From assembly GCA_963737065.1 (NCBI GenBank), contig CAVTRC010000002.1:96001-160000 (forward strand): DNA of 64,000 nucleotides, written 5' to 3'. Every line of letters starts with the position of its first letter. Position 1 is the stretch's first letter. Position numbers and translations under genes: made by a program. The notes under the pieces were generated by a model. It did not search any database, was not told the DNA's origin, and saw only the letters and a list, made by a program, of their open reading frames with translations. Shown in pieces: positions 17,113-28,200 of this stretch. The stretch comes from Candidatus Eremiobacteria bacterium (lineage in GTDB: Bacteria > Vulcanimicrobiota > Vulcanimicrobiia > Vulcanimicrobiales > Vulcanimicrobiaceae).

Positions 17113-18696
17113 TCAGGTTTTGAGCATTTCACGTGCGGCATTCCATCCGGGAGCGCCCATCACGCCGCCGCCCGGATGCGCGGCCGAACCACACATGTAG
17201 AGATTTTTGATCGGGGTCTTGTAGTTCGCGTAACCGGGAACCGGACGGAACATATAGAGATTATGAAACGGCATCGTTCCCTGGAAAATATTCCCACCGG
17301 TGAGGCCGAACTTTTCCTCGATGTCGACCGGCGTTAGAATCTGCCGGTCGATCACCGAGTCCTTGAATCCGGGCGCGTGTTGTTCGATGATGTCGAAGCA
17401 GCGGTCGGCGAAACGGTCTCGCATCTCTTGCGTCCACGCTCCGCTCTTTGGTCTATACGGCGCGTACTGCACGAACATCGACATCAAATGTTTGCCCGCC
17501 GGCGCAACCGTCGAATCGAGCGACGACGGCATGCAACATTCGACGACCGGATCGCGCGACGGTTCGCCGTACTTGGCATCGTCGTACGCGCGTTCGATGA
17601 AGTCCTGATCCGGAACAAAATGCACCGTGCCGTGATGTTGCGGCCCCGGTTCGTGTCCCGGCATCGCGGTGAAGCTCGGCAAACGTTCGATTGCGACGTT
17701 TATTTTTACCGACGCACTGTCGTATGTAATGCGTGATACGGCGGCGCGGAATTCCGGGGGAAGTATGTTCGGATCGAGGAACCTCTCAAATGTCAGGTGC
17801 ATGTCGACGCCGCTCGCGATTTTCTTCGCATGAAACTCATCGCCGCTTGTCAGCGCGACGCCGCTCACGGTGCCGTTCTTCGTGAGAATCTTCGCAACTT
17901 CGGCTTGGGTACGTATCTCGACGCCGAGATCTTTGGCGGCGCGCGCAAGCGCTTGCGTCAAGCCGCCCATGCCGCCGCGCATGTAGGCCCACACGCCTTT
18001 CTTCCCGTTCGTTTCGCCCATAACGTGATGAAAGAGCACGTACGCGGTTCCGGGCATCGACGGCGCCATGAACGCGCCGATGATCGCGTCCGTCGCAATC
18101 GTTCCTTTCAATTCTTCGCTTTCGAACCACCGGTCGAGAATCGGGCGCGCCGCGCCGGTCAGCATCTCAACGGCTTCTTGCATATCCGGGCCGAGTTTTT
18201 GCATACCGCGTCCGAGCTTACCCATCGAGAAGACGTCCCCAAGGCCCGGATGCAATACGTTCGGCGGAATCTGCGTCAACGTCGGTTCGATGATCGAAGC
18301 GACCCGTTCGAGCATCGCTTCGTACTTCGGATACGACTCCGCATCCCGTTTGCTAAACTTCGCGATTTCGGCGAGATCGCTCTGCCGGTCGCGCCCAAGC
18401 ATCAGGTACCGGCCATCGAGAAACGGCGTAAACGAGGCGGGATTCCGTTCGATCGCTTCAAATCCGTACGCCTTGAGATTCAGGTCGCGGACGATCTCCG
18501 GACGGAACAAGCTGTTCACGTATGCGGCGGTCGAGACGTTGTACCCGGGAAACGTTTCTTCGGTCACACACGCGCCGCCGACGACGTACCGGCGTTCGAG
18601 GACGAGCACTTTCCACTTCGCGCGCGCGAGATAACACGCCGTGACGAGTCCGTTGTGTCCTCCGCCGATGATGATGGCGTCATAGGTCGTGGGCAT
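17113..18696 (-). CDS. Phytoene-dehydrogenase-like FAD-dependent oxidoreductase
   Basis: IIGGGHNGLV, GGACVTEE, GGMG, GGNIFQG, LYMCGSAAHPGGGVMGAPG. Confidence 0.9.
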   Translation of the reverse strand: MPTTYDAIIIGGGHNGLVTACYLARAKWKVLVLERRYVVGGACVTEETFPGYNVSTAAYVNSLFRPEIVRDLNLKAYGFEAIERNPASFTPFLDGRYLMLGRDRQSDLAEIAKFSKRDAESYPKYEAMLERVASIIEPTLTQIPPNVLHPGLGDVFSMGKLGRGMQKLGPDMQEAVEMLTGAARPILDRWFESEELKGTIATDAIIGAFMAPSMPGTAYVLFHHVMGETNGKKGVWAYMRGGMGGLTQALARAAKDLGVEIRTQAEVAKILTKNGTVSGVALTSGDEFHAKKIASGVDMHLTFERFLDPNILPPEFRAAVSRITYDSASVKINVAIERLPSFTAMPGHEPGPQHHGTVHFVPDQDFIERAYDDAKYGEPSRDPVVECCMPSSLDSTVAPAGKHLMSMFVQYAPYRPKSGAWTQEMRDRFADRCFDIIEQHAPGFKDSVIDRQILTPVDIEEKFGLTGGNIFQGTMPFHNLYMFRPVPGYANYKTPIKNLYMCGSAAHPGGGVMGAPGWNAAREMLKT

Positions 18697-18730
18697 CTTA
18701 CGATGGGCCTTTCTATCGGTGTGCGTTCGG

Positions 18731-19897
18731 TTAAACCATGTATGTCTTCGGCGGTTCCGTCAACGACAAGATCGGACGCGAAAGCGCGAATGCGCTGATA
18801 TCACTCGGCGTCCCGCCGTCGAGCGCAAGTTCGGTCAGAATGCGTCCGATGACCGAAGCGAACTTGAACGCGTGACCCGCGCCGATCGCCACATGAACGC
18901 TCGGCGTGCCGGGGATGGTGTCGATCACGAAGTCACGGTCCGGCGTCAACGTGTAGAGACATGTTTTTATCAGGTGCAGCGGCGCATCGAGCTCCGGTAA
19001 ATGCGCGTGCAAAAACCGCCGTACGCGCGCCGTAATTTCGCCGTCTTCGTCGAAGCCGCGCGTATCGGGGTCGACCGCTTTGCCACCCGCATCTTGCGTC
19101 ACCTTCACCGCACCCGATTCACCGAAGACCGGGAATCCATAAAACGAGGGATCATCCATCCAAATCCAAACGGGAAAATGCCCGAAGGCAAACCGCGCCG
19201 CATCGGGCGGACGAAAATACATCGCTTGTTCTTTCGTGATCTCGAGCGGAAGTCGAACGCCCGCATCGCTCAAGATCGCGTTCGTCCACGGGCCAGCACA
19301 CACAATAAGCTGCGACGTCCGATAGACCGCGTCGGGTGTGCGGACTCGAATATCACGGCCGCCAAGATCGACGCGCTGCACGTGCGTGTTGGCTCGCAGC
19401 GTTGCACCATGCGACTTCGCCATTCGCTGATGCGCTGCGGTGGCACGTTCCGCCGCGACGATTCCGCCGTCCGCTTGGAAGAGGCCACAGACGTCGTCGT
19501 CAATATGAAACGGCGGAAAGCGCCGGCGGATCTCCGACGCCTCCAGCGTCTCGAACTCGACGCCGCTTGCGCGCATCGCGTTCGCATAACCGTCGAGCGG
19601 AATCGCACCGCCGCGCGGCCCGAGATCGAGGCCACCCGTCTTATACACGACACGCTCGGCGCAATCGAGCTGCAGCATCGCCCATGATTCGTACGCGCGC
19701 TTCGCGAGTTCGACGTAGTTCGGCGCATGATATGAAAGACGGATGATGCGCGAATGATCGTGCGACTCACCGCGCGGGTGGCCGAGCTCAAATTGTTCCA
19801 GTCCGAGGACGTGTGCTCCACGCCGCGCCAGCCAATATGCCGCGCCGCTGCCGATCCCGCCGAGTCCGAGCACGATCGCATCGTAGCGTTCGCTCAC
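18731..19897 (-). CDS. N-methyl amino acid oxidase (monomeric sarcosine oxidase / SolA family)
   Basis: GLGGIGS, GESHDHSRIIR, CLYTLTPDRDFVID (flavin-linked Cys position), GHAFKF. Confidence 0.88.
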   Translation of the reverse strand: MSERYDAIVLGLGGIGSGAAYWLARRGAHVLGLEQFELGHPRGESHDHSRIIRLSYHAPNYVELAKRAYESWAMLQLDCAERVVYKTGGLDLGPRGGAIPLDGYANAMRASGVEFETLEASEIRRRFPPFHIDDDVCGLFQADGGIVAAERATAAHQRMAKSHGATLRANTHVQRVDLGGRDIRVRTPDAVYRTSQLIVCAGPWTNAILSDAGVRLPLEITKEQAMYFRPPDAARFAFGHFPVWIWMDDPSFYGFPVFGESGAVKVTQDAGGKAVDPDTRGFDEDGEITARVRRFLHAHLPELDAPLHLIKTCLYTLTPDRDFVIDTIPGTPSVHVAIGAGHAFKFASVIGRILTELALDGGTPSDISAFALSRPILSLTEPPKTYMV

Positions 19898-21009
19898 GAT
19901 GGATCCTCGAGCAATGCGTCCTCACCGAGATGCGTCGCGATATAACGCCGGATGTCGAGGCTGGCATCTTCCATCGGCGCGTAGAAGCCGTGACGAAAAT
20001 AGCGCGACCGCATACCGGCTTGCACCGATTCGCAGATACGCCAATCTTGTCTGTTAACCACGTCCCAGAATTCGACCGCATCGCTGGGGTCGAACGACGG
20101 CGACGCCGTTGCGTCAGGATGAAAGAGAAACGTACAGATGACCCGGGTGCGATCGACATCGAGCGGTTGCAGGTCGAAGGCGGCAACGTGATCGGCGCTG
20201 AGACTCAACAGCAAGTTCGGATAGATCAGTTCGCCCTTGTGACGCGTGCGCTCGTCTTCATCGAGTCCCGCAAACGGTGCGCGCGTCGTGGTGCCCGAGA
20301 ACGTGAAGGTCGTAGCGCCGCTGCGGTGCGGAATGCCGCGATCCCAGTCGAGGTTTGCGCCGCCGTGGTCTTTGAACGCCGGTACGACACGGCACAGCTC
20401 GGGATGGACGCCCGCGCAATGATAGCACTCGTTGTAATTTTCGAGCAGCACTTTCCAGTTCGCGCGCACCTCGTACTCGCGCGTAGCGGCCGTGCGCAGT
20501 TGGGCAAGCGGATAGCGCGAGAGGCGTTTCGGGATTGGCCCGAGCGCTTCGGCAAGCGTTTCACCGTGGGGCGGCAAGTGAACGAACACGAAGCCGCCCC
20601 ATTCGTCGACGCCGGTGCTCACGAGATGGCGCGACTCTTGCGCGAGGGATTCCATGTCGACGAACGGCGCACTGATCAGCCGTCCGTCGAGCGCATACGC
20701 CCATGCATGATACGGACATCGAATCGCACCTCGGGTCGATCCGTTGCCGCACAACAGCCGGCTGCCGCGATGTTTGCAGAGATTGATGTGAGCGTGCAAG
20801 CGTCCGTCATCACCGCGTACGAGAATGACGCTCTCGCCGCCGACGTCCACGACGCGGAAATCTCCCGCAGCGGCAAGTGTTTCAGAGCGCCCGGTGTACA
20901 CCCATTGTGTGCCGAAAACCGAGCGTTGCTCGCGCGCGAAGTACGCCGTATCCCAATATGCACGGCGGGGAAGTGAAGGCTCGAGGCTGCTAAAGGTCCC
21001 GCCGCCCAT
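19894..21009 (-). CDS. Rieske non-heme iron oxygenase alpha subunit (GbcA/choline monooxygenase-like)
   Basis: CKHRG...CPYHAW Rieske ligands; NWKVLLENYNECYHCAGVHP; QDWRICE; GGAGGT RBS. Confidence 0.92.
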   Translation of the reverse strand: MGGGTFSSLEPSLPRRAYWDTAYFAREQRSVFGTQWVYTGRSETLAAAGDFRVVDVGGESVILVRGDDGRLHAHINLCKHRGSRLLCGNGSTRGAIRCPYHAWAYALDGRLISAPFVDMESLAQESRHLVSTGVDEWGGFVFVHLPPHGETLAEALGPIPKRLSRYPLAQLRTAATREYEVRANWKVLLENYNECYHCAGVHPELCRVVPAFKDHGGANLDWDRGIPHRSGATTFTFSGTTTRAPFAGLDEDERTRHKGELIYPNLLLSLSADHVAAFDLQPLDVDRTRVICTFLFHPDATASPSFDPSDAVEFWDVVNRQDWRICESVQAGMRSRYFRHGFYAPMEDASLDIRRYIATHLGEDALLEDPS

Positions 21010-21049
21010 AGATACCTCCCTCGGAACGTTCGACAAGCACGGTTTGCTG

Positions 21050-21127
21050 CCGAATGCTGTTCGGTGAAATTGGATTACGAGCCGAAGGATAGGGCTCCTG
21101 CTACGCCAAATTCCGAACGTTATTCGG
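21050..21127. promoter_or_regulatory. Two CCGAA-N5-TTCGG palindromes in the divergent intergenic region (candidate operators)
   Basis: CCGAATGCTGTTCGG at 21050-21064 and CCGAACGTTATTCGG at 21113-21127. Confidence 0.5.
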
Positions 21128-21143
21128 CCAGAAGAGGTGGCGC

Positions 21144-22250
21144 ATGACCACGTTCGCAAGACCCAATGCCGCGGGTCAGAAAACGCTCGAACCGCACTCG
21201 TACCGGTCGCCAGACGTGTTCGATCTCGAACGCGAGCGCATCTTCGCGCGCGAGTGGATCTGCGTCGGTCGAACCGAGCAACTGCAACGCGCCGGCGATT
21301 TCTTTCTCGCCGAGGTCGCGCGCGAAAGTTTGATCGTCGTGAGAGATGCCGACGAGCAGGTGCGCGCGTTCTTCAACGTGTGCCGTCATCGCGGTACGCG
21401 GATGTGCGAGACGCAGAGCGGGCATTTCACCGGTTCGATTCAGTGTCCGTATCATGCCTGGACGTATGCGCTCAACGGCCGCTTGAAAGTGGCCCGTAAT
21501 ATGGCAGATGTGGACGGGTTCTCCATCGATGACTATCCGCTCCACGAAGCGCGCTCGGCGACGTGGGAAGGGTTCATCTTCGTTTGCCTTTCGCCTGACG
21601 CGCCGCAGTTCGAGAGCGTATTTGCGCCAATTCTCCATCGCTTCCGCGACTGGCATATCAGCAATCTGCGCACGGCGCGCACGATTCACTACGACTTACG
21701 ATGCAATTGGAAGCTGATTTTTCAAAACTATTCCGAGTGCTATCACTGTCCGCTCGTGCATCCGCAGCTCGATAAGCTCTCGCCGTCGGACTCCGGCCGT
21801 AACGATTTAGCGGAAGGACCGTTTCTCGGCGGATATTCCGAGCTGCGCAATCACGGTGCGAGTCTTACGACGACCGGCGCAACAACGCGTCCGCCGGTCG
21901 GTGAAGTGCACGGCGCGGATATCGATCGCGTGTATTACTACGCGATCTTTCCGTCGATGTTGCTCAGCTTGCATAAGGACTACGTCATGGTGCATTACGC
22001 GAATCCCGTGGCCGCGGATCGCACGGTCGTCGACTGCGCGTGGCTGTTCGATCCCCAGACGATGTCGCGACCGGACTTCGATCCGAGCGATGCGGTCGAT
22101 TTCTGGGACGTTACCAACCGGCAAGACTGGCACGTGAACGAGCTCACGCAGAAGGGCATTGAATCTCGTGCGTGTACGCCCGGAATGTACGCAAATGCGG
22201 AGGGGCTGCTGGCGGCGTTCGACCGTCACTACGTGAGTACGATGTCTTGA
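21144..22250 (+). CDS. Rieske non-heme iron oxygenase alpha subunit, paralog of the divergent gene
   Basis: CRHRG...CPYHAW; NWKLIFQNYSECYHCPLVHP; QDW. Confidence 0.92.
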   Translation: MTTFARPNAAGQKTLEPHSYRSPDVFDLERERIFAREWICVGRTEQLQRAGDFFLAEVARESLIVVRDADEQVRAFFNVCRHRGTRMCETQSGHFTGSIQCPYHAWTYALNGRLKVARNMADVDGFSIDDYPLHEARSATWEGFIFVCLSPDAPQFESVFAPILHRFRDWHISNLRTARTIHYDLRCNWKLIFQNYSECYHCPLVHPQLDKLSPSDSGRNDLAEGPFLGGYSELRNHGASLTTTGATTRPPVGEVHGADIDRVYYYAIFPSMLLSLHKDYVMVHYANPVAADRTVVDCAWLFDPQTMSRPDFDPSDAVDFWDVTNRQDWHVNELTQKGIESRACTPGMYANAEGLLAAFDRHYVSTMS

Positions 22251-25207
22251 TGCTCGGCGCGTTGGCGTTTGCGGCGCTGCTCGCATCACCGGATTTTGCA
22301 TGGCGCAACGTCGGACCCGCGGGCGGCGGGGGACGCGTTGCCGCCGTCGCGGGGAGTGACCGCGATCCACTGCTCTACTACTTCGGCGCCGCGGGCGGCG
22401 GCGTGTTCAAAACGACAAACGGCGGCCTCACGTGGAATGACGTGTGGCCGTCGTCGTCTGTCGGCGCGCTTGGCGCGCTCGCAGTTGCGCCGTCGAATTC
22501 GAACGTCGTGTATGCGGGGACCGGCGAAGCTGCGCCGCGCAACGATGCGTCGTACGGCGACGGTGTGTGGGTGACGACCGACGGAGCAAAACGCTGGACG
22601 CACCGTGGACTCGAAGAAACCTACGCGATCGCCCGCATTGTCGTCGATCCGCACGATCCGGAGCACGCGCTCGTCGGTGCGCTCGGCGATCCGTTCCGCG
22701 ATTCGACGGCTCGCGGCGTGTATGTCACGACGGACGGCGGCCGAACGTGGCATCATACGTTGTATCCGGGGCCGCAAAGTGGAATCAGCGATCTCGCGCT
22801 CGATTCCTCGCATCCGAACGTCGTATATGCGGGCGTGTGGCAATTCCGCCGCGTACCCTGGACGTTTACGAGCGGCGGACCGATCGACGGCATCTATAAA
22901 TCGACCGATTTCGGCCGCACGTGGCGCAAGCTGCACGGCGCCGGACTGCCCGGCGGAATCATCGGACGCATCGGCATCGCGGTTGCGCCGAGCGATTCCC
23001 GACGCGTCTATGCATTGATACAATCGCGTGCGGGCTTGTTGTGGCGATCGGATGACGCCGGTGCGCACTGGCGTGTGATGTCGTCGAACACGCTCGTCGA
23101 CCAACGTCCGTTCTACATGAGCCGTTTGGAAGTCGATCCAACCAATCGCAATCACGTGTTCTTTGCATCCGAGAACCTCATCGAAACGCGCGACGGCGGC
23201 CGAACGCTCATCGACGACCACGACGCGATTCATCAAGACCACCACGGGTTTTGGATCTCGCGCGACGGCAAGCGGGTCATCGAAGCGGACGACGGCGGCG
23301 CGCCGATTTCCGTCGACGGCGGACGAACGTGGGATTGGCGGTACAATGTCGTGCTCGCTCAAGTCTATCACCTTGGCTACGACGAAGGGGACCCGTACAC
23401 GATCTGCGGCGCATTGCAAGACAACGACTCGTTCTGCGGTCCAAACTTGTCGCTGAGTCCCATTGGGCTGCTCAACGGCGATTGGCGCGATGTCGCGAAC
23501 AACTCGGACGGCGTGTGGGCGTGGCCGCAGCCCGGCCATCCGGATCTCATTTGGAACGACGGCGTGAACGAGTTGAACGGCCAACTCGGCATCTACGACA
23601 TGAAGTCGCGTCAGAACTACGACATTACACCCGACGTCACCGACACGAACGGCCGCGCGCTGGCCGGCTTGCGATACCGGTTCAATTGGGAAGCGCCGAT
23701 CGCGTTTTCAGCACTCGAGCCGGACGCGGCCTTCTTCGGCGCGAACGTCGTCTTCAAGACGCTTGACAGCGGAAGAAGTTGGACTGCGATCAGCCCGGAC
23801 CTCACGCGCAACGATGCCGCGAAACAGCGCCTTGCAGGCGGCCCGATCAACACCGACATCTCGGGCGCCGAATTCTACGACACCTTGCTCGATATCGCGC
23901 CGTCACCGGTCGATGCGAAGGTGATCTGGACGGGAAGCGACGACGGCGTTATTTCGGTGACCCGTGACGGCGGCACGTCATGGAGCAACGTCTCACCGGG
24001 CGCAATCGAACCGTGGGGTCGCGTTGCGTGCGTAGAACCGTCACGCGTTTCGGCGCAGCGAGCGTACGCAGTCATCGATCGTCATCTGCTCGGCGACCGC
24101 CGGCCATACGTTCTCGCGACCGAAGACGGCGGACGCACGTGGCGGCTGATTTCAACGACGCTGCCACGCAACCAGATGGCGCGAGTCGTTCGCGAGGACC
24201 CAGTGAACCCGGATGTTCTCTACGCCGGACTGGAGCAGGGCGTATGGTTTACGCTCGATCGTGGAGCGCATTGGGAATCATTGCGCCTTCACATGCCGCC
24301 GGTTTCGGTTCACGACCTGCGCGTTCAACCGCGAACGCACGATTTGCTTGCCGCATCGCATGGACGCGGGCTATTTATTCTGGACGACGTTGCGCCGATC
24401 GAACAACTCCGGCAGGCGCGCGAGTCGTCGCGACCGGCGCTCTTCCCCGTCCGCGACGCTACATCGTGGTACTACTGGTGGACCTCGGCGTATCCCGTGG
24501 GCGACAACGCGTGTTGCGCGCCTCCCGGAACGTTCTCCGCGCCGGATCCGCCGTACGGCGCCTCGATAACGTATTATCTTCCGCAGGAGCTCCCGCGACC
24601 GCCGTTGATAACGATTGAAGATGAATCCGATCGCAGCGTTCGAACGCTGAGCGGCACAAACGAGCGCGGAATCAATCGCGTTGCGTGGACTCTGAGCGAC
24701 GCGCCGCCGGTGCCATGGCGCAATACGGGAGATTGGAACAAGGGGCCCGATGACGGACCGCCCGTCGTTCCGGGTCGCTATCGCGCCGTCTTGACCGCAG
24801 ACGGCGTAACGCTACAACGAGATTTTTCCGTCGCACCGGATCCGCGTGCGAGGTGGTCGCAAGCAGACTATGTCGCGCGTTATACTTTCCTGAAGAACCT
24901 CGACTATGAACTATCGGAGATCGACACGGCGCTCAATCGTCTCGACGCAATGCGCGCAGGGGCGACGGTCACGAAGCGGCGTGCGATCGAATCGGTCTAC
25001 GGGCAATTGACCTCCGGAGTTCGAAATGCAGAAGATGATCAGTGGATGCCTGATCGTCTTCGCGAGCGTTTGACCATTTTGCAGGGGACGCTCGCGCTTT
25101 CGCAAGGACCGCCGCTTCCGCCGCACCAGCGTGAAGCGGCCGCCATTCGCGCAGAGTTTGATCGAGCGATGCGCGCATACCATGCACTAATGGAGGACCG
25201 CTCATGA
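22250..25207 (+). CDS. Secreted VPS10/BNR-repeat beta-propeller protein (glycosyl hydrolase-like)
   Basis: WRNVGPAGGGGRV start; many (S/T)xDGGxTW Asp-box repeats; TGATG coupling to the upstream gene. Confidence 0.88.
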   Translation: MLGALAFAALLASPDFAWRNVGPAGGGGRVAAVAGSDRDPLLYYFGAAGGGVFKTTNGGLTWNDVWPSSSVGALGALAVAPSNSNVVYAGTGEAAPRNDASYGDGVWVTTDGAKRWTHRGLEETYAIARIVVDPHDPEHALVGALGDPFRDSTARGVYVTTDGGRTWHHTLYPGPQSGISDLALDSSHPNVVYAGVWQFRRVPWTFTSGGPIDGIYKSTDFGRTWRKLHGAGLPGGIIGRIGIAVAPSDSRRVYALIQSRAGLLWRSDDAGAHWRVMSSNTLVDQRPFYMSRLEVDPTNRNHVFFASENLIETRDGGRTLIDDHDAIHQDHHGFWISRDGKRVIEADDGGAPISVDGGRTWDWRYNVVLAQVYHLGYDEGDPYTICGALQDNDSFCGPNLSLSPIGLLNGDWRDVANNSDGVWAWPQPGHPDLIWNDGVNELNGQLGIYDMKSRQNYDITPDVTDTNGRALAGLRYRFNWEAPIAFSALEPDAAFFGANVVFKTLDSGRSWTAISPDLTRNDAAKQRLAGGPINTDISGAEFYDTLLDIAPSPVDAKVIWTGSDDGVISVTRDGGTSWSNVSPGAIEPWGRVACVEPSRVSAQRAYAVIDRHLLGDRRPYVLATEDGGRTWRLISTTLPRNQMARVVREDPVNPDVLYAGLEQGVWFTLDRGAHWESLRLHMPPVSVHDLRVQPRTHDLLAASHGRGLFILDDVAPIEQLRQARESSRPALFPVRDATSWYYWWTSAYPVGDNACCAPPGTFSAPDPPYGASITYYLPQELPRPPLITIEDESDRSVRTLSGTNERGINRVAWTLSDAPPVPWRNTGDWNKGPDDGPPVVPGRYRAVLTADGVTLQRDFSVAPDPRARWSQADYVARYTFLKNLDYELSEIDTALNRLDAMRAGATVTKRRAIESVYGQLTSGVRNAEDDQWMPDRLRERLTILQGTLALSQGPPLPPHQREAAAIRAEFDRAMRAYHALMEDRS

Positions 25208-28200
25208 CCCAAGGTAGTTGGTTCCGCCGCGTATTCGGCTCTCTGGGCGTCGTCGTACTTGCTATCACGGTTGCGCCGGTCACAGCGTATGCAGGAACGA
25301 CGGGCGCGATCACCGGCACGGTCACCGATGAATCGGGCGCACCGATTGCTGCCGCCAAAGTAACGGCGTCCAGCCCGTCGCAAACGGTAAGCGTCAATTC
25401 CGACGCAGCGGGACACTTCGCGTTTGTTTCACTGGCTCCCGACGAGTACACGATGTCGTCGGACAAGAACGGATACGATCCCCTTTCCGTTGCGGGCGTC
25501 GGCGTCTTCGCGGACCAGACGCAAGTCGTGAACTTGCGGATGCGCAAGACGCTCAAGACGATTGCGCGCGTTACGTCACAAACGGCAGGCACCCTCGTGC
25601 GCGCCGGCACGACGTCCGACGTCTATTCGATTAATTCCGCAGCGCAGGACCGCGCAAGCGTGTTGGGCGGCGGCGGAAATTTGAACAGTGCGTATTCCGC
25701 GATCGCAACCGTGCCGGGTGCGTACGTTCCGACGAATCAAGCGGGATACAATCAAGCCGTTCACGTGCGCGGCGGTGATTCAAGCGAAGTCGGTTATGAA
25801 TTCGACGGCATTCCGGTCAATCGTGGTTTCGACAACTATCCCGCCGGCTCGGCATCGTCGCTCGGTCAAACGGAATTACAAGTGTATACCGGCGCAACGC
25901 CTGCCAACGCGGAAGCGCAGGGCCTTGCCGGCTTCATCAACCAAGTGATCAAAACCGGCACGTATCCGGGATACGGCTCGCTCGACGGGACGATCGGCTC
26001 GCCGACCTTCTATCACAGCCTCAATGTGGAGGCCGGTGGTTCGACACCTGACCGCCGCTTCAGTTATTACGTGGGAGTCGGCGGATTCAATCAAGATCAT
26101 CGCTACATCGATCAATGGAACGGCGAAGCGTACGCGAATGAGTTCGGGAACGTCGCCGATCAATGTCCCGCGCCAGGCACAGGGTACGTGTTGCCGCCAT
26201 CGTGTTTCACGAACGGTGCGCCGAACCTAAGTGCAGGCGGCGCGCCGGGATACATCCTAGGCCCGATGCCGTTCGCCGATCTCGCCGCCGGCGTTCAAGA
26301 TCGCACAACCGTCATGAATTTCCACCTGCGAATCCCGCACGGAACGCAAGGGATCAGCGACGACATCCAATTGCTTTACGACAACGACTCGATTCAGACG
26401 CCGTTGTATATTTCGCCGCTAGATGAGGGCCTGCAGAACTTCCAGGGCAGCACCTATCCACCGGGAACGCTCCCGTATTACGTTGATGCTTTCACGTACA
26501 AAGGTCAGACCGGCTCGCTTTTCAGCGACGCGAATGTCGCTCAGATTCGGCCATACTATTTCCCGTCGTCGCCCACGAACCGGCCGTTTAATAATCCGTA
26601 TAATATTTACACGCTCGGCGAGGCGCCAGCAGCGTTTATCCCGCTCACAACCCGTGACGTCCAGTACAACAATCAGGCAATCGTGAAGCTGCAGTATCAA
26701 CGCAACTTCTCGTCGGACACCTTCCTGAGAGTGTACGGCTATACGTACTATTCCGATTACGTTGGAACGGGCGATGTTTCGTCATGGCAACCATACTCGG
26801 GTTTCGACTCCAATGATTATGCGGTGAACTCACACACGCGCGGCGCGAGCTTGAACTTCACAACGCAGTTGAACGGCAATCATCTCCTGCAATTCGAGGG
26901 TCAGTACGTCACATCGTCGTCACTGCGCGCGAACAATACGTCGATGTACGGTGGAACCGACGGATTCGCCGTGCTCGTGAACCCAAGCGACCTCAAGAGC
27001 GGAACGTGTTATACGCTTCCGACTTCGGGCACTGCAGCAACGACGGCCCCGTGCCGCGCAACGAGCAGCCCGATTGCAGCCAACGTCTATCCGACGTATG
27101 CCTCGCTCTCGGCGTCGGCGACGTTAGGGTATCCGACCGACGGAACGAGCGATCTCAGTACGGCCGGTCTGGCGGGGTTCACCTGCGGCAGCGGACCGTG
27201 CGCCTTGTACACCGTGGAAAGCGGCTTGAACGGCAAATACAATGCTGTGACGCCGAACTTCAGCGGCCTTTCCCTCACCGACGAATGGCGGCCCACCGAC
27301 AAGTGGCTCATCAATCTTGGATTGCGATGGGATCAATACCAGTACGTGGGCGATAACACGACGGCAACTCCGGCGCGCACGTTTTGGTTCAACGCGTTCA
27401 ATCAAGACACGTGTTATGACACGGCCACGCTGACGTTGCTCGATAAATCGACGTTAGAGCCGGGAACGTTCGATGCAAGTACGCCGTGCTCGTCACTCGG
27501 TCCAAATTTAGCAGCCGCGAATTTGCAAAACATCCCAAGCCAGGTGTTCACGTACGACATCGTGCAGCCCCGGCTTGGCGCCACCTACACATTCAATCCC
27601 GACACGGTTGTGCGGGCAAGTTACGGCAAGTACATCGAGCAGCCGTCGGCAGCGTACGAACAATATGACTCGCTGAGTCAAAACTTGCCGGACCAGCTGG
27701 TGCCGTTTTACTCACTCGGGTTCACTACACCGGGTCACGATGTGCGGCCATCGGTTTCGTACAACTACGACTTCTCGTACGAGCGTCATTTCAAGGGTAC
27801 CGACATGTCGCTCAAAATCACCCCCTTCTTGCGCCAGACGCACGATCAAATCGAAAACTTCTATCTCAGCATCAAACAGGGATTCATCTCCGGTTTGAAT
27901 GCCGGAAATCAGACGTCGCAGGGCTTCGAATTGGCCTTTACCAAAGGCGACTTCAACCGGGACGGCTTGGCGGCACAACTCGGTTTCGCGTATACGTATG
28001 CATACTTGAAGTTCAGTCCCCTGGACAACGGCACGACGGTGCTCTCGCCAATCAATGCCGATATTCAAACGTACAACGGCTTCACGTCATACTGCTTCGG
28101 ACATCGCAGCGATGCTCGATGCGGAGTGAACAGCGCAAATGCAGCACCCTGCTACGCGGACGGCGTCGCCGACCCTGCATGCGCTGCGGCCGGTACGATT

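Noticed and set aside
21113..21127. Gram-positive LexA box
   Set aside because: Spacing and right half do not fit GAAC-N4-GTTC.
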